From Candidatus Omnitrophota bacterium (GTDB taxonomy: Bacteria > Omnitrophota > Gorgyraeia > B26-G9 > JBDRCZ01): a DNA stretch of 64,000 bases. Below are positions 29,833-40,446 of the stretch, piece after piece. Under the pieces are notes generated by a model. It had not been told where the DNA came from, made no database searches, and saw only the letters and a program-made list of their open reading frames with translations. A program made the translations under genes and the position numbers. Every line of letters begins with the position of its first letter. Position 1 is the first letter of the stretch. Where the stretch lies: the NCBI GenBank assembly GCA_043821285.1, contig JBDRCZ010000017.1:15947-79946 (forward strand), in the 5' to 3' direction.

Positions 29833-32820
29833 TTATATTGCTTGCTCTATAAATGTCAGGTTTTGGAATTGCGGTTTTGGAATTGCTGTTGTACTAGGGG
29901 GAAAATTAGGAAGTGGTGGATATCCAAAAAATTCTCTGGCAGTTGGATTTTGAATAGATTCAAAAGTAATCATACTTGGTGTCCCTCTATAAGTAGCTAT
30001 TTCTCCATTTAATTTTATTGTATTTTCATTATAATCATATGTAACAATTACCTGCAGTCTCTTACCTCTCTCTCCGCTTCTTGTGAGAACTAAGACGACA
30101 TTTAGTTCTGTAATTCTGCTTTGCATGGTATAAACTTGTATGCTTCCAATACTTTCAGGTATTTTAAGCTCTTTACTCCCAATTTTTTTACTCTCACTTA
30201 TAACTTCTTCTTCAATAATCTCTAAGCCTTCTGGCGCGTGAATTTCTCGTATCGCTTTCATCACTTCTTGCTTTAAATCTGGTGACAAATTTTGTACTAC
30301 TTCACTATTTTCTATAAATCTTATTTCCCTTGGATCAGTCCTCCGGCGTTCTTTGCCTTTTTTATCATCAAGTTCAAGAAATAGATATCCCCCGGTCGCG
30401 GAATTCCACGAAATCCTTGTTTGACCTTTATCATTGGCAGAAAAATTAATAGTAACATAGTTATTCGGACTGATTGTTAATATTGTTCCTTCACCAAATG
30501 ACGCGTGTTTCACCGTATCCCCTGCCCGCAATAGTGTTCCGTCAGGCAAAATAAGAGTAGGTCGAGCTAAGTTATTAATTACACTTCGTAACGCTATTTG
30601 TAGGTTTCCCTGGGAATTATTTTCAATATCAGGATAATTTTCAAAAAAGTCGTTTTGTGCCTTTTGTATTGCATTATAATGGCCTAATACTGAACAAATA
30701 GCTCCGTGATAGATGTATTCCTGGCGAATTAATGGATTATCCTGTTCACAAATTTGCCTTGATAACACTAAAGCCGGTTCAGGAAATAATTCGTTAAATT
30801 TCGCCTCACCTAAAATATTAATAATCTCTTGTTTTGTTTCTTCTGCATGTGAATAGAATTCAAGCACATAATCATCTTCTTGATTAAACACAACAGCATC
30901 AGTTACAATAATGCGTAATGGTATCTCACTTCCTGCAGTAGTATGCAAATACTTCCTTATTCTTTGTTCTATTTGTTCTATATCTTGCTTAAGATCATCA
31001 GTTTCATCGCGATACTGCCTATGGGAAAGATTATAGAGCATTTGTTTAAACGCACGGTCACCTTTGCGGATAAAGCCGCCTTCATTGTCTGTCGGATTAT
31101 TTTCTTTTGATCCTTCTCCTAATTCAGGAAGAAGGTGATATTGTTCAATTATTGCGGCTATTTCTTCAGGGTCATTTAGATTTCTGTTCCTAATTTTTTC
31201 ATAAACATCCGAATGCCAATTATCAATAGCATCACCTATAGCCTCATTTGACAACTCGCTACCTTGCGTTCGGGTAACTAAAAACATATACGATAATAAT
31301 GATAGTTTCATAGAATTTGGCAGAGTAGGTTCTTTGAGCATTTCTAATGGGGGTAACATACGGTTTTCTAAAACAGTTTTTACTTGTTCTGGAAAATCCT
31401 TCATAATAATAGGCCACAGCTTTAAAAAATTAACCAATGCTTCTTGATTTATTCTTTCAGGTGGAAACGCCTGGGAGTTTTTTTCAACTATTCTTTCTAT
31501 AAAATACAAAACTGCTCTGAGAGAGAAAATTTCTATGTTTGCATTTTGCGGAATTTCAACAGAAGAATTAACCCGTTCTCCATTAACAAGAATTATTGAT
31601 TTTTCAAAAGATAAGTCGTTTGCCTGGTATGTGGCTGAAATATAAGTAAGTAGTTCTGCTACAGTACTGCCTTTAGCAGGAATTCTAATTAATTCGTCAT
31701 TCCTACTGCCAATAAGTGAAGCAGAGATTCCTATTGTGTAAGGTAAAAGACAAACACTTATCCTTTCTTGATAAATTTGGCGTGTCTGTTTAGTTATAAT
31801 TATAGGTTTGCCAGCATTATCCCTTACTTCTACCCTACCCTCGTGTACGGCATGAAGAAGATTAAGAAAATCATCTGTGCTTTTAATTAAATTTTTATCT
31901 TTAGAAGCTAAATCATTCATAAGGCTAAGGGCATTAAGAAGATTTGCCCTATCATAAAGAGGAATCAAGCCTTCATTAATGCAGCGCTCGAGGTCTTCTG
32001 GTGTTTGAATAAATCTTGTATTAACATGAATCTCAAGTATCTTTTTAAGCGGGGCCCCGAGCGGTTCGTATTTACCAAAGATAAAGTTAAGCCCGCTTAT
32101 ATTATACATAGGAATATTCTTTGATATTCTAACTAAAGCATTACCGTATCCAATAAGACAGATTTTGGTCTCTTCAAAATCTTCTCTAGCGATTAAATCC
32201 TGAACCTGTATTAACCCCCTAAGCACCGCCTCTCTCCGAATATCTTGAATGTGTACTATTTCCTCGCGGATTTGCCGCATCGATCCTATCTTGCGCAAAA
32301 TTTGAGTTAATATTTTGGTATAAATTATAAAATGTAATAATTGGTCATCAGCTTCAACAATACCTTGTTTTTCCATTAAATACTGGATTAAAAATGCCCC
32401 ATGTTCAAACACATACTTGTCTTCATCAGAAACGCTATAAAATCTAACCAACCATTTATTAAGCGAACGCTTAAAAGACGATAAGGTATCAAAGCGTTGT
32501 ATAACATTTTTTGTTGCTAACAGGGCACTAAAGATAAGATTATGGATAATGTGACTAATGCCAGTTCTCTTGTTTTCTTGTAAAAGTTTATCAGCATCGA
32601 CTATTATTTTAGCTTCAGCAGATTCTTTTGCTAAAGTATCCGTTGCTTCGCCAGGATCACTAATATCTTTTGCAAAAATATCGCTATTTATGCTTAAGGG
32701 AGGGGCAAGATGGGTGTGTAGGCCTTTTAAATTGTTGCCGGCGGCCCAGGAGAGGTCGAGGCAGAAAAAAGCGTTAATTAGCATAATAACTGTTAGTTTA
32801 AACCAAATACTGCGTTTCAT
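29833..32820 (-). CDS. giant-array member A (995 aa): N-leader / C-terminal EQAI-tagged secreted or membrane protein
   Basis: N-term MKRSIWFKLTVIMLINAFFCLDLSWAAGNNLKGLHTHLAPPL; C-term ...NLTFIEQAI; no recognisable catalytic domain. Confidence 0.7.
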   Translation of the reverse strand: MKRSIWFKLTVIMLINAFFCLDLSWAAGNNLKGLHTHLAPPLSINSDIFAKDISDPGEATDTLAKESAEAKIIVDADKLLQENKRTGISHIIHNLIFSALLATKNVIQRFDTLSSFKRSLNKWLVRFYSVSDEDKYVFEHGAFLIQYLMEKQGIVEADDQLLHFIIYTKILTQILRKIGSMRQIREEIVHIQDIRREAVLRGLIQVQDLIAREDFEETKICLIGYGNALVRISKNIPMYNISGLNFIFGKYEPLGAPLKKILEIHVNTRFIQTPEDLERCINEGLIPLYDRANLLNALSLMNDLASKDKNLIKSTDDFLNLLHAVHEGRVEVRDNAGKPIIITKQTRQIYQERISVCLLPYTIGISASLIGSRNDELIRIPAKGSTVAELLTYISATYQANDLSFEKSIILVNGERVNSSVEIPQNANIEIFSLRAVLYFIERIVEKNSQAFPPERINQEALVNFLKLWPIIMKDFPEQVKTVLENRMLPPLEMLKEPTLPNSMKLSLLSYMFLVTRTQGSELSNEAIGDAIDNWHSDVYEKIRNRNLNDPEEIAAIIEQYHLLPELGEGSKENNPTDNEGGFIRKGDRAFKQMLYNLSHRQYRDETDDLKQDIEQIEQRIRKYLHTTAGSEIPLRIIVTDAVVFNQEDDYVLEFYSHAEETKQEIINILGEAKFNELFPEPALVLSRQICEQDNPLIRQEYIYHGAICSVLGHYNAIQKAQNDFFENYPDIENNSQGNLQIALRSVINNLARPTLILPDGTLLRAGDTVKHASFGEGTILTISPNNYVTINFSANDKGQTRISWNSATGGYLFLELDDKKGKERRRTDPREIRFIENSEVVQNLSPDLKQEVMKAIREIHAPEGLEIIEEEVISESKKIGSKELKIPESIGSIQVYTMQSRITELNVVLVLTRSGERGKRLQVIVTYDYNENTIKLNGEIATYRGTPSMITFESIQNPTAREFFGYPPLPNFPPSTTAIPKPQFQNLTFIEQAI

Positions 32821-33140
32821 ATTACATATATGCTTTCATTCTCGTATTGAGTATCGCGTATTAATGTTTTAAATTCGAAATCCGAATATCTAAATGTTTA
32901 GAATTTGCCATTCGTCATTATAAGTGTTTTATTTTATCTATCTAGTTGATCCTGTCTAATTCGTTCTCGTATTGCGTTTTTTTATTGTCGTCTACTTGTT
33001 TTTATACTCAATACTCGATACACAATACACAATGCGTTGTTTAATCATTTCTCTCCGTGTTCTCTGCGGCTCTGTGTGATAAATTTTAGCTTTTATTTTC
33101 TGTCTTCTGAATTCTGATTTCTGTTTTCTGCTGTTAACTG

Positions 33141-36100
33141 TTAGATTGCTTGCTCTGCTATAAATATATTAGGTACTGTTATTTCTCCGGCACTTGGTAT
33201 ATCTTCAAGTAATGTGTCCGGTGCAAATACATTTTCATTAGCAGGATTGGCTCTTGTGGCTATATCTTTAGCGTTTATAACACGTTGTGAGCGTCTGTCC
33301 TTATGAGCACTAGTGTCATTCGTTTCCTTTTGTAATTTTGCAAGAAGAACCGGATTATCTTTTATTTCACGGTGATTTTTGACGTTGGGAAAAAAACCTG
33401 TTGTCAGTTTTCTTGCGGCGGTTAAATCATCAACAGTTTGAATAATCATTCCTAATTCACCATTTAAATCTTCGCTATGAACAACACCAGCTTCTAATCT
33501 TACCTGCATGCCTAATTCTGAAATCACTTCATTAACTTTGATTTCGATCGCTTTCAAAGTAGCGGCAATTTTTTCCGAAGTAATTATCCCATCATCTTCT
33601 CTATAAGCTCCTGCAAATTGATTATAAACATTGTTATTAATTGATAGAATTACATCATTTCCAACATTGTGGCCAAATACATCATTAATAACCTTAAATC
33701 CAAAATGCAATTGTGCAAATTGTGCATCTCCATTTAAGTCTGTTTCTCTGTAAAACTCTCTGTTGCCGCTTGCTCTTATGAAATCATTTATATTTATGGA
33801 TGTAGAACTAACTATATAATGTGCTGATAGTTTTATCAGTTGTACACGGTTATTTTCTCTTTTTATAACGAGGTAGAACTTATCAGGCCGTTCATGTACA
33901 ATACTGATTGAAACAGCAGATTTGCCGTCTAAAATGTTTTGAATGGTTTTGCCCAACTTATCTCTTTCTATTACCGGGTAAAACTTGTCTAAATCTTCTT
34001 TCGAAATACCCGCATCTATCATTTCCTGACGTATTCTTTCTCCTTCAACTCCTAATTGAAATTTTTTATCGTCAGCTATTTTAATCGGTGATTTTCTCTC
34101 TTCGCGCTCAGGATCTGGGCGTTCGGATAATCCTATTCCTACTAACTTGTTGGCATATTTAGTCCTGCGCTGGGTGTATTCCGCCTCATCTCTAGCAATT
34201 CTTAGTTGTTCCAATAGACTCATTTGGGAAATATTAGGTATATCACTTATTTTTACTGCTCCTACCGGGGCAAAGGGAACATAAACAGGAAAATAAATCT
34301 TACCATTAATATCAATGTCAAGACATTTAAGATTAGCGAGTATCTCGGATAGAACAGTGTTTTCATCCTCTTCTACATCTTTAGTGAACAGTATAAATGT
34401 TTCCTTAGAAGCCTTTTCTTCTTCTGGCGTTAAAAATACTGATTTTGTGACCGTAGTAATGTTTCTTTTTTTATTTTCTCTTAATTTTTCTATCAACGCA
34501 TCTCTGTTACTATCATTTATATTTTTTAGGATTGCAAAAACGTATTTTCCTTCAATCCGTTCTATGACCTTGCGTTGAATTTGTACGAGAAAGTGCTCAA
34601 TAACTTCTTTTGGCAACATAGGTGGTAACAAACCAACAACCTCATCACCACTAACATGATAAACTGTTCTACCTCTTTCTTCAATTTCTTTACGAGCTGC
34701 CTCAATTAATGTGTTAATTGCAAGTATATTCACATTTTCCCAGCCATATACATCATTTCTACCCCTTAGTTCGCTGATGTCAAAGAATATCACCCAAGCA
34801 TTGTCGTCGTGTCTACCTAAAAATACCACTGCTTCTTTTTCCCATTTTTGTGCATTTTCTGGATAGGCTTCATTAAGAAAGTTTCTTACGCGTGTTGTAT
34901 TATCAAATAAAGTGGTTAAATACATTATAAACTCTTGCAGTTCGTTATAGGGTTCGTCAGTATCTTTTCTACTTAAAAGAACATCTATCACCTTAGTAGC
35001 CGCGTCCCTAAATTGCTGATCATTAATATTTTGGTTAATAATTTTTCTCCACTTCTCACCTAAACGCTTTATTTCAGCCTTCAGAAACATTTCTATTGCT
35101 TCCTCATCTTCGCCTTGTTCTTTACACCTATCTACTTCTAATATTACTTTTTCTACATCTGCGCCCAACTCAAAAGCAAAAAATTCCCCATCTCGTTCCT
35201 GACTGGAATTTTCTCTTGGCAAAATGCTTGCCATACCTAAGCTAAATGCTGCGATTAAACCTGCGGTTCCTCCTCCCATCCCTGATTGAAGCATTGATGC
35301 TGCGGAAAATTCTGGTTGAGATGGGAAATAACCAAGTGCTCGCATTAATGTTCCAATAGATGCTGCTAAAAGCACGATGGATATTTTAGGTTTATTTCCA
35401 AACCATGCAACTAACCTCCTAATTAGCGTACCTAACCTGTTCTCATGGGAAGGACTTTTGTTTAATGCCCTCCAACCAGTTGGATGCATAAATGCTACAT
35501 TAGTTGCTTTGCGTCTACGATGAAGAAGTCCGCTTATATTTGCAGGAAATATTATTTTTCTGCTTATCCACTTTTTTACCTCATAAGCAATATATATTAA
35601 TGTTAAAATTATGCCCAAACCAGGTATTACCATACAATCGCTAATAAAATTATTCCACTGTTTAACACGAGCATAACCTTCTCTTACAGTAAAACTATCA
35701 ATAAAAAACTCTTCTCCCATCGGTGGCATGATACCAAACTTAGCAATAAAATCTGCCTGGTTTTTAAATGCTTCTGTTGTTTCTGGATTGATATCAAAAA
35801 AAGGAATAACTAATCGAGCAATGTTAAAAATCAACGTTACTGGGTTATGTTTTATAAGAAATTCCATTGGGTTTTTAGGCAAATTATCGACATGATGACT
35901 TAAACGCACTAATGTAACAGCGTATTCAAAAATTCCTCGCTTAGTAAAGAAATTTAATCCAATATTAGGATTACCCCATGTTCCATTCCATCTTGAACCA
36001 TAGACAATATCAAAATTGCTTTCACGGATAGGTGGATTATTTGTCATAAGAATTTGGTAAGTTTCGGGAGAAACTAATTTTATCAAAAATAGCGCTGGTC

Positions 36101-39100
36101 CAATATGTTCTGCTCCTTCAGTTCCATCTCTTCGCTCAATAAAATCGTCCAACATGCCCGCAGCTTTATATTCATTGTAAAGTTTAATTACGGCTGTATC
36201 GATTTCCTGAGCTCTTTTTCGTGCTGTTGATTCTATAAATGATCCCGTGTTTTCATCAATTTTTGATGCAAGTGGAGAGTTTTGAAATGTTTCAATTAGA
36301 TTATGGAATTCATTTAAAGCTATTTGTAATTCTCCATTATTTTCTTGTAATGATACAGGTTGTGGTAATTCATTAAGTTTTAAACTGTCAGCTGGTGTTG
36401 GCTGTACTAATCCACTTTTTCCAACTGGTTCTAAAGATACAATGTTTAATGGTGCAGCAATTCCGATTGGTGCTAATATGGTCTGTGATCCGATAGCGAG
36501 GATAGTGAGTAAAGGCAATACTACCTTACGTGCAAAAGAGAAGTTAACACTGTGTTTAAAACCCCAGCCAAAAATAGCTAATCCTATCAGTCCTATTGCC
36601 GCAATTACAGCACCTGGCAAACCAAAAAATAACCCTGCAAACCCAATTGCCATAATTAACCCATCGATTGAAAGTGCTGTGGTTCCATTAGGTAACCTAC
36701 GGCTGGAATTATTATCCGGCGCAGTAATCTCTACATTATCTCCATGATTAAACGTCTGTTCTAAGTCTTCTACGCTTCTGGGCAAGCCGTTAACTTTTAA
36801 CACCAACTCCCCAGACTGGAGCATTTTTTGTGTGGTTAGGATGGCTTTGCGATTACGATCATTATAATAAGAAATCTGTGAAGTAATAGTCTTAATAAAT
36901 AAATATGCCAGCAGATCATAGATATTTGTTGCGGGAATCTGTTCTGCTGATATCAGTTCTCTAATACCATCTTGTTGACTATTACTGGCTTCTTTAGTTA
37001 TTGTTAATTGGATTAATGCTTTTTGTTCTTCTTCTTGCAATTTTTGAGTTTGCTGAGTTATTTCATCCTCTAAAAGAGCTAATCCAGCCCTATGCTGCTC
37101 TAAGATATCTTTTTCAGGATCAAATTCCCCTTCAGCACAAATTATTAACCCATTTGGCATAATATAGTAGACTATATTGAGATAGCCATGTGTGCTTTTG
37201 CCGATCATCAGTGAGTTTTTATTATTTAGCCAACCTTCGTACCTTTCCTTATGAAGCATAATTTGTTGGCTATGTGTATAATATCTTAACGTTGCATTAA
37301 TAAAACCTTGCGCATCGGCTTCCTCTTCTTTACGATAAGTAAGTGTTGTTCCATGCCCAATGAAACCATTTTTATAATGTTCAGGTAAGTTCTTCCATTC
37401 TTTGTTCAAACCACTTTCAATCCTTTGATGCAGTGATTTGTTTCCAGGAGCCGGTATGACACGTTCTGGCTCTGATGCTAATATCTCAAAGCTCGTGAAG
37501 GCATAAAAAATATTTTCTCTATCTGTCGCAATACCCATGCGTGTTTGACCCAAATTATCAGTTACTACCTGCCAGGTTGTTAATCCTATTTCTCGAGTAT
37601 ATGCAATTAGCGCCAGTTCGTATATTTCTTCTGTTAATAGTCCATCATTTACCATCCGCACAAAAAGCTTAAGAAATTCGTTGCTGTGATATATAAACCC
37701 GACCAATATTACTAAAGAAATTTTTCTTAATCTTTCTGTTGCGTTCTCTTCCTTTTTGAGTTTACAATAGATTGCTTCTATTGCAGTAACACAATCACTT
37801 TTGTATTCTGAGCCTATTGGATCGTCTTCTAACAAGATATTCCCTAATATCTGAACCGCGTATTCTGTTCCAATATCACCTAAAAGGTTTTTAACAGCCC
37901 TTAGGCGTAAGTAAAGCGGGTTAGTTTTATCATTCAACGCATTTGTCACAAGTTTTTCTGCAGGTTCACCAATTCCTCTTATAATCTCCTCACCAAGCAA
38001 AAGTAAGTTGGTTAAGTTCATATTAATTATATATCTATTTGGTTGTTGAATTAATGTTCTCATTCGCTTAATACAAGATTCAATCACATGTGCTCCCAAT
38101 ATCTCTTTCCTGCCAATTTCAACTAAATAGTCCTTTAAAAGTTCTTTTCTTATGTTAGCAAGCTCATAAGCTGAATGAAAAAATAAAATTATTAAACTAT
38201 CAGTTATTTTATCAACCATTTGTTTAATAATATTGTTTTGGTTTTCTGCTCTGGGATTTATTTTTAATGCATTGGCAATTTCAGTTATAAACTGTCTATC
38301 TCTATCTGATAATTCATCCTGTTGAATTCTATTGTATAAGACGAATAAATATCTTATAAAATAATTGAGTACCTCAATAACAGTTCTAAGAAAATCTAGT
38401 TCAGTTTCGTTAAATACTTCTTTTTTTTCAAATTTTTCCTGTGTCATTTGCTCAAATATTTCTTTTATCAATATAACCACTCGTATTTCATTACGTTCTT
38501 TAAGTATGTTAATAAGTAAACGTCTTATCCTCAGGTCAGAAGATTGAAGCACGTATTCTCTTATGTGGGGAAATGCCCGCTCGACAATATTACCTAACAC
38601 CGAAGAGGCAATTGTAACACGTGTTCCGCGATATATTAATCCCTGTTCACTTAATTCTGTAACAGCAGATTGAAGATTATCTTCTGATTTTTTTGCAATC
38701 TCCGTCAAAATATCAATAATCACATCTTGTTTTTTTTCTCCATGATCAAGCAGGTGCCGGATAGCTTTTACGCCAAACCCTTTAACCAAAATATCTTTAA
38801 TATCAGATGTTATTTCACGATCTTCACTATGAGCTGATAAGGCATCTGTTAAAAGGTCCATTGCCGTTGCAATTGTATCTTCATCTCTATTAGCAAATTC
38901 ACCAAGTTCAGCCATATTATCAGTACGTGAAGCGCGATCTCTATACGTAGCTAACTTATTAATCACATCCTGTATGTAAGCTCTCGTTGTACTATTATAA
39001 CTATTTCTATTGCTAAAATGCTTTGTTGTATCTTCTCCCGGATTGCCCCAATCTTGTAAACTAGAAAAAGGTAACTTTAATCCACCTATTCCGGCAAATG

Positions 39101-39581
39101 TCAGTTTAGGGTTTATGCATTGCCAAAATAAATAAACTACCCCTGTTATCATTAACAATACATAAGGATTATTAAAATAACCATGAGGTATATTAGAAGA
39201 TAAGGAAATAATTATTTGCTTAAGTGGGTATAAGATTGTGCTTAGCGGTATTATATTGCTTATTACCAACACAGAAAATATTGCTAAAGCAGTTATACCG
39301 GCAATATAAGCTAATGTTCTGAATCTGTTTAAAAAGATTGGTGATTCTGTTGTAGGTTGTTTTGTTGTGATGGTAGCTGGGGCATGAGGTGTCATTTTTT
39401 CTCCTGAAATTATGAAAGCATGTTCCGTTACGGAATTAGCTATTTGCAATTCAGGGGCAAGGTGGGTGTGTAGACCTTTTAGATTGCCGCCGGCGGCCCA
39501 GGAAATGTCCAGGCATAAAAAGGCATTGATTAATATTATGGAAATTAGTCTAAAATAAATTTTACGTGTTAAATTATTCAT
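33141..39581 (-). CDS. giant-array member B (2146 aa): leader, HEAT-like repeats, multiple internal TM bundles, EQAI tail
   Basis: N-term MNNLTRKIYFRLISIILINAFLCLDISWAAGGNLKGLHTHLAPEL; PBS-lyase/HEAT-like LRLRAVKNLLGDIGTEYAV; TM clusters mid-protein; C-term ...NIFIAEQAI. Confidence 0.7.
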   Translation of the reverse strand: MNNLTRKIYFRLISIILINAFLCLDISWAAGGNLKGLHTHLAPELQIANSVTEHAFIISGEKMTPHAPATITTKQPTTESPIFLNRFRTLAYIAGITALAIFSVLVISNIIPLSTILYPLKQIIISLSSNIPHGYFNNPYVLLMITGVVYLFWQCINPKLTFAGIGGLKLPFSSLQDWGNPGEDTTKHFSNRNSYNSTTRAYIQDVINKLATYRDRASRTDNMAELGEFANRDEDTIATAMDLLTDALSAHSEDREITSDIKDILVKGFGVKAIRHLLDHGEKKQDVIIDILTEIAKKSEDNLQSAVTELSEQGLIYRGTRVTIASSVLGNIVERAFPHIREYVLQSSDLRIRRLLINILKERNEIRVVILIKEIFEQMTQEKFEKKEVFNETELDFLRTVIEVLNYFIRYLFVLYNRIQQDELSDRDRQFITEIANALKINPRAENQNNIIKQMVDKITDSLIILFFHSAYELANIRKELLKDYLVEIGRKEILGAHVIESCIKRMRTLIQQPNRYIINMNLTNLLLLGEEIIRGIGEPAEKLVTNALNDKTNPLYLRLRAVKNLLGDIGTEYAVQILGNILLEDDPIGSEYKSDCVTAIEAIYCKLKKEENATERLRKISLVILVGFIYHSNEFLKLFVRMVNDGLLTEEIYELALIAYTREIGLTTWQVVTDNLGQTRMGIATDRENIFYAFTSFEILASEPERVIPAPGNKSLHQRIESGLNKEWKNLPEHYKNGFIGHGTTLTYRKEEEADAQGFINATLRYYTHSQQIMLHKERYEGWLNNKNSLMIGKSTHGYLNIVYYIMPNGLIICAEGEFDPEKDILEQHRAGLALLEDEITQQTQKLQEEEQKALIQLTITKEASNSQQDGIRELISAEQIPATNIYDLLAYLFIKTITSQISYYNDRNRKAILTTQKMLQSGELVLKVNGLPRSVEDLEQTFNHGDNVEITAPDNNSSRRLPNGTTALSIDGLIMAIGFAGLFFGLPGAVIAAIGLIGLAIFGWGFKHSVNFSFARKVVLPLLTILAIGSQTILAPIGIAAPLNIVSLEPVGKSGLVQPTPADSLKLNELPQPVSLQENNGELQIALNEFHNLIETFQNSPLASKIDENTGSFIESTARKRAQEIDTAVIKLYNEYKAAGMLDDFIERRDGTEGAEHIGPALFLIKLVSPETYQILMTNNPPIRESNFDIVYGSRWNGTWGNPNIGLNFFTKRGIFEYAVTLVRLSHHVDNLPKNPMEFLIKHNPVTLIFNIARLVIPFFDINPETTEAFKNQADFIAKFGIMPPMGEEFFIDSFTVREGYARVKQWNNFISDCMVIPGLGIILTLIYIAYEVKKWISRKIIFPANISGLLHRRRKATNVAFMHPTGWRALNKSPSHENRLGTLIRRLVAWFGNKPKISIVLLAASIGTLMRALGYFPSQPEFSAASMLQSGMGGGTAGLIAAFSLGMASILPRENSSQERDGEFFAFELGADVEKVILEVDRCKEQGEDEEAIEMFLKAEIKRLGEKWRKIINQNINDQQFRDAATKVIDVLLSRKDTDEPYNELQEFIMYLTTLFDNTTRVRNFLNEAYPENAQKWEKEAVVFLGRHDDNAWVIFFDISELRGRNDVYGWENVNILAINTLIEAARKEIEERGRTVYHVSGDEVVGLLPPMLPKEVIEHFLVQIQRKVIERIEGKYVFAILKNINDSNRDALIEKLRENKKRNITTVTKSVFLTPEEEKASKETFILFTKDVEEDENTVLSEILANLKCLDIDINGKIYFPVYVPFAPVGAVKISDIPNISQMSLLEQLRIARDEAEYTQRRTKYANKLVGIGLSERPDPEREERKSPIKIADDKKFQLGVEGERIRQEMIDAGISKEDLDKFYPVIERDKLGKTIQNILDGKSAVSISIVHERPDKFYLVIKRENNRVQLIKLSAHYIVSSTSININDFIRASGNREFYRETDLNGDAQFAQLHFGFKVINDVFGHNVGNDVILSINNNVYNQFAGAYREDDGIITSEKIAATLKAIEIKVNEVISELGMQVRLEAGVVHSEDLNGELGMIIQTVDDLTAARKLTTGFFPNVKNHREIKDNPVLLAKLQKETNDTSAHKDRRSQRVINAKDIATRANPANENVFAPDTLLEDIPSAGEITVPNIFIAEQAI

Positions 39582-40421
39582 AAGTTAATAGCCTATCAGT
39601 TAATTCCAAATGTTCCGCCTATCAAACCGGCGGACAGGCAAATAATAAAATCCAAATGACAAATGAATCATTTAATATCTCAATCTAAAAATCAAAATGA
39701 TATATTAAAATTCAAATATTTTTCTCTTTGACAGGATTTACAGGATTAACATGATTTTTTATCCAGTTAATCCTGTCTATTTTCTTATTTTCTCTGTGAA
39801 CTTTGTGTTCTCTGTGGTTATAAATTTTTTTATTTTTTTTAATCGTAATACTCAATACATGCTACTCAATACGCATTACTTTTTATAGTGTGCTCTCTGT
39901 GGTTAAAATATTTTTTGTTTTTTTATCTACATAATCATCCGTATTCTACGCTCTCTTTTATATGCACTATTTTCATTACAATCATACATATTGTAACCGC
40001 TAATAATTACAATCTGTTAAATATATTTATAACAATTTTAATATATACAAGTAAAGTATACCATATTTTTCTGATTTTTCAAGGATTTTGCTAAAAAAAT
40101 ATAGAAAATAACAGATTAAAAGATTCAGGTGATCACGGTTTTAAAACAGTATCAAGGCATTATTTATAACTTATTTATTTATAATATATTATAAAATAAT
40201 TATCGAATATGCCTACATGTTAATTATTCGTGAAATTCGTGTAATTTGTTGTTTAAAAATAAGCAGTTAAAGTTTTTCTTTGTGTGATAAATTTTATTTT
40301 TTACCGCAGAGAAAATCTAAAAGAAATCTCGTTCACAGATGTATGTAAGTTACATCCACTTTCTATTCTTAGTGCGTTACGTAAACGGTAAACTGCCTGC
40401 CTCCCGTTAGGGAGGTAAACT

Positions 40422-40446
40422 AAAAAATTGCCATAGGCAATTTTTT
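40422..40446. terminator. palindromic A6-TTGCC-ATA-GGCAA-T6 terminator (bidirectional in form) at 3' end of member C, overlapping its stop codon
   Basis: AAAAAATTGCCATAGGCAATTTTTT; second hairpin CCTCCCGTTAGGGAGG at 40400-40415. Confidence 0.5.

Noticed and set aside
34700-34900. Possible degenerate GGDEF/nucleotidyl-cyclase-like segment in member B (…RGRNDVYGWENVNIL…YHVSGDEVVGLLP)
   Set aside because: Only loose resemblance to the DxxxxNDxxGHxxGD…GGDEF pattern; the key GG(D/E)EF residues are not convincingly present. Kept as an untested idea (needs HMM search), not called as a feature.
39888-40094. 68-aa ORF in the B-C array spacer
   Set aside because: Lies within the duplicated AT-rich promoter module; translation is low-complexity (Ile/Phe/Leu-rich); no counterpart in the other spacers.
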